From contig JAQGDQ010000123.1 in the NCBI GenBank assembly GCA_030141605.1, positions 186,001 to 250,000 on the forward strand: DNA of 64,000 nucleotides, read 5' to 3'. Positions 51,093 through 63,000 of the stretch are shown here, one piece after another. Under the pieces are notes generated by a model. It was not told the origin of the DNA and did no database searches. It was given only the letters and a program-made list of their open reading frames with translations. The position numbers were made by a program, and so were the translations under genes. This DNA comes from Tubiluchus corallicola (Eukaryota; Animalia; Priapulida). Within the stretch, counting starts at the first letter, position 1. Every line of letters starts with the position of its first letter.

Positions 51093-54000
51093 GTATGTAT
51101 ATACATAACTACATATATATATATATATATATACACATATATACATACATATATATCTGTGTATATACGTATAAATATTTACATCACAAAGCAAATGACC
51201 AGTACAACAATATATATAAAATATGAGAATAAACTACTACTACTACTACTATTTTACATGAAGAATATGTATCATAATGCCATTTTAGGTTAGTTTACCT
51301 TTTTATAGTTTGAGTGGCGGTCTCAGAAAAATTCATTATTGACTACAATGCATACAAAAGATATATATTATACGCAAATGTTACAAATATGTGTTTAGAA
51401 ATTAAACCTTGCTTGTATTTAATATGTCCGTTGATCCTATTTATCTTCAAAGAGAATGATATTTTAATATTTTTCTCCCTTTTGTGATTCATCTTAAGAT
51501 TTGCATTATCTTGCATCATTGCTAGATGGTGGGACTTGATGAGATGAAAGCTAACGTTGAAAAAATTGATGAAATCACTGAGGAGATAGAGTCAGCTAAG
51601 AAAGAGCTTAACTGGATAAACAATGAGGAGACCTTACTGGACTGGGAGATCACCAAATATCCTCTTCTCAATACAATCATCACATTAAAGGAACCATATG
51701 AACAACTCTGGAAGACGGCTTTACAGTTTCACATTAAGAGTGACACGTGGTTAAATGGTGAGCAGCGTAATCTTGGTGAAAGAAAATCGTTAAGACAATA
51801 AATAGAGAAGTAAATCTTTTGAAACACATTTGCGGACCACTTTACATAATGGCTAATAGTTAGCATTGAGCAGTTGACAGCAAGAAAATGTTAATTGGTT
51901 TAATTCTGAAAAAGCAGTGTAATTTGAATTTTCTAGTTAATTATTATTTTTTGCCGATCATTTGTTCTATGTCATACTAAATGCATTTTTTTTTACTTCT
52001 TGCTCCATTTTATCATACATTCACTACTTTCCCCCATGCACATCAGTGCATATATTTATCATTATCCCATGTTATTATTTCATTAACTAATCCTTTGTTT
52101 TTTTACTTCCACATACAGGTTGACCTGTCTAGATATGCATTTAGCTGAAACTTTACGCATCAAAATCACGTGTATATACTAGCTACTAAAGGCTCTACTT
52201 GTATTATCTGGACTGTATTTGTAAATTTGCAGTTTTTATTACTTCACATGCAATTTTGAAGCAATTATTAATTAGCAAAGGATATTATCCACTATAGCAT
52301 TTTGCAATTTTGAAGCAATTTCCAACAAAGCTTTGAAAGTTCACTCAAAAGCTCAAAAGTATTGGATAATCAATAATGATGTACAGGTAGTGCAAACTTT
52401 GTCTGAAAAGCAGTTATTTGCAGGTTGTCTAAACGATTTAAATGCTGAAGATATTGAAGAGGAGGTATCTGATATGGTGCGCACATCGTACAAGCTGATT
52501 AAGTCGTTTCCGGACTACCCAGCACCTCGTCGATTTGCGGAGAATCTCAAAAATAAAGTGGACAAGTTCAAGCTGAATTTACCTCTGATCTCCATTGTTT
52601 GCAATCCTGGTAATTTATTCTTCTCGTGTTTCTTACCGTTTTCAAAAATGGCTTTGCAATTTTGCAACACAAAGATCTAGAAAGTCAGTCATGTCACACT
52701 TAAAATTAGTTCTAGAATGAGCTACTTAATTGGTGTGCACTTTTTTCCTGAAATGCATCACATGGCACAGAAGTTTAGACTGCAGTAATGTTAAATGCAA
52801 GTGCTCTACTTTCACAGCTAGATTGGTTTTTGGCTGTGAAAGTTACAAATTTATAGTTTTAGCAATTTTTAAGTTAATACCAAAAAACTTTTGCATATTA
52901 AAAATCTCAATGCCCGAAGAATGCCAGCTAATCACCAATAAATGAGAACAGCCTTACTAATGTAAAAAGCACACTTAACACATGGCAATAAAAGAAAAAA
53001 TTATACAGTTTGCATCATGGTCTTCACCACAGAAAATAAACCACTGATACAGATTTGTTATCAAGAAAAAATGGAACATGGTCCTATGAACTACTGCATC
53101 TTAAATTCTCAGAGAAAGAATGTGATGGCTGTACAATGCTCTTTGATACTGAGGTACAGAAGGCAAAAATTGTTGACTGCTGAAATCAAATACCCCTCAA
53201 AGAAGCGAGAAACTGTGACAGCTATTAGAATAAGTGCCTTCATCTTTGCTCACAGTGAAAATGGTGGACACCTAGCACAGTTGCTGTAACAATAGTCAAG
53301 TGCAAATTTTTTTCCGGCATTTATTTTTGTCTAGTTGTTTTAAGACTTCAGTATCTTTGGAAAAATCTAATGGAGTGACCTGATATTATTAGTATGACTA
53401 TGACTATGACTATGAGATTATACGTAATATCTGTGTAACGTTATTGTGATAATTTTCAAGGGATTCTCATTATTTTCTTTTACCATGATTAAAACTTCGG
53501 CACGTTGATGTAAGCAGTGTGGGAACTTACCCGCATATGTGTTTATTGACAAATAGGGGGCTTGATTGATTGTATACTGCTAGACTGTGATCTCGGATTT
53601 GCTTTGCTACTTTAATTGACAGGTAAAATGACAGAAAATGTGACCTGGATAACATAAGTTTCTGGGTTTTAGTCCTGGCTGACTCACAATTTTTAATTGC
53701 TTCCTTCTTCAGTTCATTATACTTATCTTTGTAAACCTTGTCATTTTCCTGATTTTTTGTTAATGTGTGGATGTTTTTCAGTGCTTCCTTCTTTAATTAA
53801 TTAGTCATTCAGCTATTTGTGAATTATACTTTAATTTACCTAACATACAAGGTGTAAGTATATGAAATACAACATATTTTATCCAATCTTTTTCTAATCT
53901 CATGCTGTATTAATGAAAAATTTGTTCAGTAAGAATAACTCGGACTGACAAATGCTTGAATATCATGGGCAGTCAACATGCAAATTTTGTACGATAATTT

Positions 54001-57000
54001 CTTTCACAAAACCGAGAATCTTATTTTTAGTTTCGTTGTTTTTGCAGGACTAAAAGCCAGGCACTGGAAAGAGATAAGTCGCATTGTTGGCTTTCAGCTG
54101 ATTATTGAAGCCGATACTTCACTAGCCGACCTAGTAGACTTTGGCCTGACAAAATATATTGATAAGTGAGTAGTTGTATTTAAAACAGGTTTTTATGAAC
54201 CCCGGCTTACATTTGGACAGTTACTAAAAGCATTTTGTGCATTGTACATTTTTGCTACAGATTTTAAAACTACTTCAACTCAGTCTATACCAGTTTTTTA
54301 AATGCATTATTATTAGCCTTTATGTGTAATATTTGTAATACTTATTTCCAGATGTTTTAGTGGTTTTTGCTGATATCTTAGAAAAGGTCTATGTAAATCA
54401 CTGTTTGCAAGAATTTTATTGTCTTTACAACGAACAAATGATTTGCTAAGTTTTTGAATTTCAGGCTAGAGGAAATTGGAGTAGCCGCTACTAAAGAATA
54501 TAGCTTGGAGAAAGCTCTGAATAAGATGAAGGCTGATTGGGATGAGATATTGTTTCAGTTTGTTCCATACAGAGATACAGTATGTATAATTCTTACTTTT
54601 GCTGACAATTTTGAAACAGTACCCTAAATTTACTTCACTTTATTTTATGTTAGCCATGCAATAGGCAGCTTGCACATTTCATAGTTTTCCTCAAGATGGA
54701 CATTTAAAACTAAAGAATCACATTCTTTGCTGTACCAGATAAACAGCAGATTATGTGGAATTGATAAAACCGCCACTTTTTGAGCAACATATCCGTTATT
54801 GTTGCATATTAAAAATTTCAATGCCCGAAGAATGCCAGCTAATCACCAATAAATGGAGAACAGCCATACTAATGTAAAAAGCACACTTAGCACATGGCAA
54901 TAAAACAAAAAATTATCCAGTTTGCATCACGGTCTTGCTTTTTTTAGGCTTAATGGGCATTTTGATTTCTTTTATGCTTATAAGAAGTTTCTTTAGCTAA
55001 TTTTTTTTCGCAGCTTGTAAAGTATTTCTTTCCTGATTTGAAAGTGTTTAATTTGCAAGTATTTCCTCATAGCAGGTTTTAAGATAAGAACGTTAATGTA
55101 TATTTTCACAAAGTTCATTCAAGTTCTGCCCAAAAAAGACCCTGGTGCTCCCATGTAAATTTAGCAGTTCCTGTCACAAAGCAACTACTGTACTAGGCCT
55201 TTGTTGAAAACCAGGTTTTTTACCCTCTTTTCTCCTCACCCTAACTGGCATGTAAAACAAAGGGATGATGGAGTGCACATCAGCAACAAATTCATTTCAA
55301 ATTGAAAAATATTTTTTGTGTTTTTCAAATTATTTTGAACGATAAAACCAATTCTGAAGTTTGACAGTTTATGTAGCAAAAATTGTCATTAATAATTAAG
55401 ATTATTAACTGCTTTGGTGCATTCAATGCTGTACACTTAAATGACACATGTTTGTTTTTCATTATAATTATAAATAAGTAAACTGCGACAGATAAACATT
55501 TTACTGCGATAAATATATTTATCTATGCGAGCTGCACATGACAAGGAAATTTAGTGATACTAAAACTACAGTACAGTGTATTTGACATCTGTACGTCTGT
55601 ATCAAAGTGTATAAAGGGGTCTGTATACTTCAGTAACAATGATTCAGTGTCTGACTTGCTTATAATTTTAAATAATTCTTTATCCACTTCTTTGCTTAGT
55701 TATTGTAAATAAATAGAAAAGAAATGTGATTTTATAAAGGTAAGCGATAAACAACGATATATCCCAATATCGATACGATAGCAATAACAACAAATTTTTC
55801 ATATCAGTACAATAATCGCTAATTATCAATACATATCATTACCGTTAATATCCCTAATTCAATGGTATTTGATTTCTAATTCTACTCACATCGGTGTTTT
55901 TCAAACCATAAACAGGACTTCCATCCTAGGCTTACTCAACCCTAAATGAGTACATGGTCTTAAGAGCGGGGAGAAAATTGGTCGAGCTCCTTCAGGGGTA
56001 TAGGTTTCCTCTTCTTCATTTTTCTTGTTCTTTTTCTTCTTCTTCTAGCTTCTTATGTATGAGATGTATGTCAGCTATATTGTTAGAGTATTTATAAATT
56101 TTTTAGGGCATATCCATCTTAACTGCTGTTGACGACATACAAGCATTGTTGGATGATCATATTTTAAAAGTTCAAACCATGCGTGGCTCACCCTACATCA
56201 AACCTTTTGAGGATGACATTCATGTATGGGAAAAGAAGCTGGTATATGCCCAAGAAACCATCGAATCATGGCTAATTGTATGTGCATTTCAAATATCCTG
56301 CTAAATTTGTCTGAAAGTACAGTTGCTCATATGTTTCACTAATGTGTTTCTCTTCCGTATTGTTTTATCTATGGAAGAAGTAGTTATTCTAGGTACTGTG
56401 CAGTCTAATGAGGTTTCTGGTTCGAGAAACAGTGAGATAGCCTCTGACATGCTTTGTCAACAACTTATCACTTTATGTAGTGAAACAACAGAATGGTATA
56501 TGAGTCTATTATGCTAACATTCTATTTGAAATTTCTGTCAGTGGTTTGGTGTTGAAGCCTTAGAATAGAGTAATTTGACAGTTATAGCCACCGTCTCAGA
56601 AGAGAAAGTGTGAAACCAACTAATGGGCGATCATTTTAGTGTTGTTATTGATTCTTGATGGGAGAATGACAATATCATAATAACACATAAGAGACAGCTC
56701 TCTGGATTATTTATTTTTTTAGTTGACGGCACCTACACTAAAGTGCTGTTTACCGGCCTAGCATCCGGAATACACAAAATCAATTTATATTATTTTCAAT
56801 GCACCTGTTTATCAGACGTGTGTTATGCGTTATTTTTTATGCAGCTATTTCCTTTTGACTTTTGTACGCAGCTATTCTGCAGTTGGATAATGCATTTTGG
56901 ATGCCAGGTAAACTCCACTTTAGTGAAACTACAATTTCAATTGCTAATTTTTCCAGAGCAATGTGAATGCAACATTTGACTGAGACAAATTGCAAGAATT

Positions 57001-60000
57001 GTTTTGGCAGTAAATGTGATATTTTAGATGCAATCAGTGACAGAGAGTGAAGCTTTGGTACAGTTTATAGGCTACCTAATTTTAACATTTTTTAGTGTCA
57101 GGCAACATGGTTGTATTTGGAACCTATCTTTAGTTCTGCCGACATTTTGGCTCAAATGCCGAACGAAGGACGGTTATTTACCAAAGTGGATCGCTATTGG
57201 AGAGATATCATGACAAAAGCGGTAACTTAATTCAATTAGCATTTTTTCTTTCATATTGAAGATTTTTGCTTGTTATTATGATATTCTGTGACTTGAATAT
57301 TTAAGGAGTTTTTCAAGAGCTCGAACATTTGCATTGAAATTAATAAACTTTTCATTTAAGTTTATTTATCTTATTAACCGCTGCCGAAGCGTAAACACAT
57401 TATTGGTGCAAATTTGTGTCCATGACCTTCTAATACTATTTTTGGTAAAGTAATACCAATAATGTAAGACAATACTGCGATGACCGAGAATGGCTAGAAC
57501 AAGTAGGATTATTTTACATCACAGTCGACCGACCCTTTCTTCTTCCATTTTTCGTTTCATAACTTTGTCGGTTCATTTTTATCCATAGTCATCACCAATG
57601 TAGGAGAAGCCGTACACTGATTTCTTATTCTTATTTTGTTAGGCATCCAGTTTTAGCCACCTGCATGCACATAGCATTTAATAAAGTCATAGAGGCATGA
57701 AACTTGCCATGTAGACATCTAAAGTAGGGAATCGGGTCACAGTTTGGTTTAAAAATGCTGGGATTGTTTCTAGGCCTGTAATGATACATCGATGCATTGT
57801 GATATCTTTTATCACAATATGCGTATCACCAAAATGCGCTCATATCGTGATAACCTAAGTTGATGATATTTGGCTAATTAGCACGTGCTTGACCATATGC
57901 TGATAAAAATGATTTGAAGTGATTTAAGCTGCAGCTATAGAGTGCACTGTAGGTACCTATCAATCAGTGCAGTGAACAGTGTTTTTGCACAGGCACTGCT
58001 AACAGCCAAAGTGGTTGAAAATGCAAGGTGCTTATTCTGTAATACGCTAGTTTCAATACATGCATATAAACTTGTGAAATGGCAAAGCTGAACCAGAAGC
58101 TGCACGAGCAACTTTTAAAACTAAAGTATTGAAACGTTTTGCTTTTGTGGCAGCTTACTAATAATAGCCTACACCTTACACAAGTAATAAATGAAAATCA
58201 AACAGTTAATTCTGTTATTTTGGCATATATTATCAACAGCTTCATCTAGATTTTTTATAAAGTTTGCAAACATTAACTCAGGCATATCATGACATGTATC
58301 GCATTGAGAGCTTGATGTATCATTACAGCCCTAATTATGGGTCCAAGATAGCAGGTAAAATGTGAAAATACGTATAATCTATTAGTCAATTGATATTTAG
58401 TCATAAGCAATTTGCCTTGCACACTGATTAGTCACTCGTGACTAAACCCCACTGAACCAAGCATAATTGAGTAATAAACGCTATCATGCTTTCAAATTTA
58501 GAAATTCATTCAGTTTTGTTTTACGTTAGGTTGACAACACAAATGTGATCAGTTGCACAGGTCAGAAGCACATGAAAGAAAATCTTGACAAGTGTAATGA
58601 GTTACTTGATCAGATACAGAAAGGATTGAATAGCTATTTGGAGATAAAGCGCTTGTACTTTCCTAGGTAAGTGAAATTAATTCATTCTGAAATGACAACT
58701 CTTGTAGACTCTTAGACTCTTGTACATGCTGCAAGTAGTCTCGTGCTGTTTTTCACATTTTATGTTATTTCATTGTCGCAAATTGACTGCATGCGCTAAT
58801 GTAATTAAGAATATACATTCGAAGATAAAATTTTCTGTTTTTATCTCATCTACATGCGTGTGAATTTTTTTCACAAGAACCAAATTGTAGAAAGAGTTAT
58901 GTCAATGTGCAATAGCCGAAGTGATTAAAAGATTACATATACAATTAATACAAAATGTCAGACTTTAAAACTCCTTACATTGATTCCCTTTTATGCAAAA
59001 TGAGCTCATGATTGGTTAATTTGTTACAACTTGAAGTTCAGATTAAAGTAACACATCTCGAAAATTATTGAAATTTTCATGAATGATTGATTGACAGCAG
59101 AAGTAGTGGTAACTAGAAATGTCACAACTTTGAATGCTGTTTAAAAACACAATATTCACTTTAATACTAAGAAAACTAAATTTATATTTTTTTGCCCATG
59201 CATATTTCAGAATATTAGTCTGGGTGTGCTTTTTCTATATGGCAATGCAGTTTACTTGAGTACACATGAAAAGTACCTGTGATATGTCTTGTGCACTGAC
59301 AAGAATGACAACACTGACATTCAAAACCAGACAATATTATTTTATATTCATTTAGATTTGCTCATTATGGAATTCCGTGTTGCTCGTATAATTTGAAAGT
59401 TACTTAAATGTTATTGTAAAAATTATTATGGCTTTTCACTTTGGAACAATTTCATAATGATGTGTTAAATACTCTAAGGGTAATAATGGCATTCGTAAAC
59501 TATTTTTGCTTGGGTCTGATGGCAGTGCATCTACTTTGTGTGATAACCTTGGTCTGCAAAATTTCTTGCAATTTGAGAAGAAAATGCTACTATAGTTTAA
59601 GACAACGAATTCTTACTTCCAAAAATAATTTTTTCACTTTATTGTAAATTCAGAAGTATATTTTAGATTGAAATTTTTTTAAATTGTGGAATACAGTCTT
59701 AAATTTATGGTAGATAACATTGTAAATTTTATATCTCATTTTGTCTCATTTAGTCTCATTTTGTATAAATTGACTTTGGTATTTTTAGTGTAGTTTTCTG
59801 TTTATGATTGTATATAAATTTTAATTGTATTTCATTATGGCTTTTGTTGAAATAAATAGTAATCAATCAAACACCCAGAAACAGGTAACTTCTGATGCTG
59901 CAAACTCTTCTCATTTTTTGGCCATCCGGTTTCTTATCTCTTGAAATGTGAGAAGAATTGCAGTTATCACGATACACAGTACAAGACTGTGTTCCTACAA

Positions 60001-63000
60001 AGCCCAATTAATATATATTCTGTTTCAAATTTTTATTATGCTGTCATTTTCCCTATGTAATCCTAAACTGGATGCACACTTTAGATTCTTCTTTCTGTCC
60101 AATGACGAGCTGTTAGAGATACTGAGTGAAACAAAAGATCCCTTACGAGTGCAACCTCATTTGAAGAAATGTTTTGAGGGTATCAGCAAGCTTGAATTCA
60201 ATGAAAATCTAGAGATTGTAGCCATGATATCAGCTGAAGATGAAAGAGTTAGACTCACAAAGAAGATCAATCCAGCTGCTGCTAAGGTATTTTGGGTTTA
60301 TTTGCTATTATTTCCCCTTCACTCAATTCACACAATTCAGTTCCAGAAATGCTATAAAAATTTGCTGGCAAATTCTTAAATAAATTGCTTGGTATGTAGT
60401 AATTTTATCAATATAATGGCAGCAAACAACAGATAATTTTTAAAATTTTGTTTACTATGTTTTGTTTACTAGCAGCACGCTTCTTTTGCTTTTATCTGCA
60501 CACTTGGTTAGCTCTTAAATGTGTTTTTGGTGGACATTATTTACAAAATTACAGCAATTTTTTTCATACGGCAAAGTAAATAGCCAAGTCTGTGTTTTGC
60601 ATGAATGGTTCAGGTTGTGGCTCTCAGAAGGATGGTATATGCACCCGAACATGGCTAAGACACCTCTGCTAGGACAGTGGATAATCTTATAGGGTTATCC
60701 TTGATAATAAGCCAGGTTCCAGTCTTGCCACAAACATCTGTGTTGAGTAGTATGTCATTGAGTGCAGGATTTTGGCTTGCAGTGCATTTAAGTGTATGAA
60801 AACTTGCTTCAGTTGACTGCTGGAATTTGCTTATCCTAATATGGTAATTAAATGCTTTTTTCAGGGTATGGTGGAGAAATGGCTTCTCAAAGTTGAAACC
60901 AGAATGATTGCTTGTCTGCAAAAGGTAAACTATACATGTTAAACACTGGGCTCGCAGCACGTGCTGCAGATTTCTCTAAAGGGAACTGAGAATCGCTGGG
61001 AAAGCTAAACATTTCAAAATTCAGCATAAATTAAGTTATTTTAAAAGAGATATAAAGAACAGAACAGTTTGACTCCTGAAATTATAAGGAGATAATTGAG
61101 TTTCGTAGCGGCTGAGAATGCTGTAAATAATTACTCATTCATATTCGTGCATGTCATATCTGTGTCAGTACTATTTTCAATCAAAAAAGTTTAGCTTCTT
61201 ATAAAGAAATTCCAATAATATAATTGTGTGGCTTGTGTCGTGTAATCTGAAAACAAATAAGAGAATTTCATGTAATTTTGTTCAATTTTTACTGAGATGT
61301 TTATGCCAAATGGTTCTACTTTACTTTGTGTAAATTACAAAATCTAATTATTGACTAATCACTCTAATTATTCTAATAAACAAAGGTTTAAGATTTAAGA
61401 AACTAATTAATCAACTTACATGGTGATCTTCTATAAGTGTATTTATGAAATTATAACTCACTGAATACCGCTAAACAATGTACAACTGCATTGTGGGTGA
61501 CCTAAATCCACGGGTAGCCATTTACAGGTAAGAGGTTGATCAACCTTAAAGGAAACCAGTTTAAAACAGAGAACAGGGGGGCCAATGTGAATTCAAGCTT
61601 AAATCAACCCAGTTACATTTTTGAAACAGCACTGTGAAGCATTTAATTGGCAAATATATAAACATACAGGTGCTTTGCTGGGCCAAGGATTCATATAGGA
61701 CGACTCCACGCATTAAGTGGGTGTTGGACTGGCCTGGTCAAATAGTTCTCTGTGCTAGCAATATGTTTTGGACTGCTGATGTTACGAAAGCTTTTGAGAC
61801 TCGAACAGGTTTAGAGGTAAAGATACCGTTGATAATTAACATTTTTGGTGACCTCATTAATTTATACCTTGGCAGTATAATAGTATTGGCTGTTGGTGTG
61901 CAAAAGTGTCATGCCGATCGAATGCAATGCAATTAAATTTAACTGTATTTAGTGTGATGGATATATTTCTAAAGTCCGATGGGAGGTGGCGTCGTTAAGT
62001 GAGGGCTTACTGTACTGTGTTAGGATTAGGCTGTTACACAAACAATTTTTAGCAGATAATAGATAATAATAAACCTCAAAAAGCTCTTATTAAACTAAAA
62101 GCAATAGTACAGTGAGATCTTCTCCTTAGAAAATCATGATAACTTCTTTTATCAGGTAATGCTTTGCGTCCTGATTGGAATCTTTCATTAAATCAAGTTT
62201 TGTTCGGTGTTACATTTCAATATTCTTTTGGTGTGAATTTTGCTCTTACTGTCTGGCTGATGCAATAATTCCGAATATCTCTAGGACTACCTGAAAATCT
62301 GCTGCTCTCAGATAAATGACATTGTCACTCTGGTTCGCGGAAATCTTTCATCTGGTGCAAGAATTACTCTGGGAGCTTTAATCATCATTGACGTTCACGG
62401 TGAGTTTTCAGTTTCTTGACTGTATTACCCCTCCAGTTATTGTAGCATTTTGTAATATTTTTGTGCTATGTCCTTGGTCAGTACTTTTTCGATGACAAAT
62501 GTGTAACTGTAGGGATGTTGCGAGCGGTGTTATGTCACCTCCACAGTTGATTATAATTATTGATGTGGTACTTATCTGAAAAATTACTACCCACCCCTTT
62601 AAATAATGCCCTTTTAACATTAACTTGTCAATTTCTTAATAATTAGTAATTTGAAATATTTTAAACCTAATTAATGTGCTTATAGCAGGGATTATTTTCT
62701 ACTTGGGCAGATGAATATAAAATGTGGAGAACAAGAAGCAAGTTGCAATTACTGCTAAGATTAAGCTTTTTGTTTTAATTGTGAAATTTATACCTTTACT
62801 TTGTTTGTCTATGACAAACTAATGAGAAAGAGAATATAACACGCAACTTCAGGGAGAATATTTATATCGAAATTAAACTAATACAGCTAGATTTTAACAA
62901 CATTATTACTTATTTATAGAAATTGTGTTTTTGTTCGTATAGCCCGAGATGTAGTTGCACAGCTTGCAAAGGACAATGTTGCTAGCGCTACAGATTTCAA

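Noticed and set aside
50987-51293. Tyr/Ile-rich ORFs
   Set aside because: Translation of (TA)n microsatellite.
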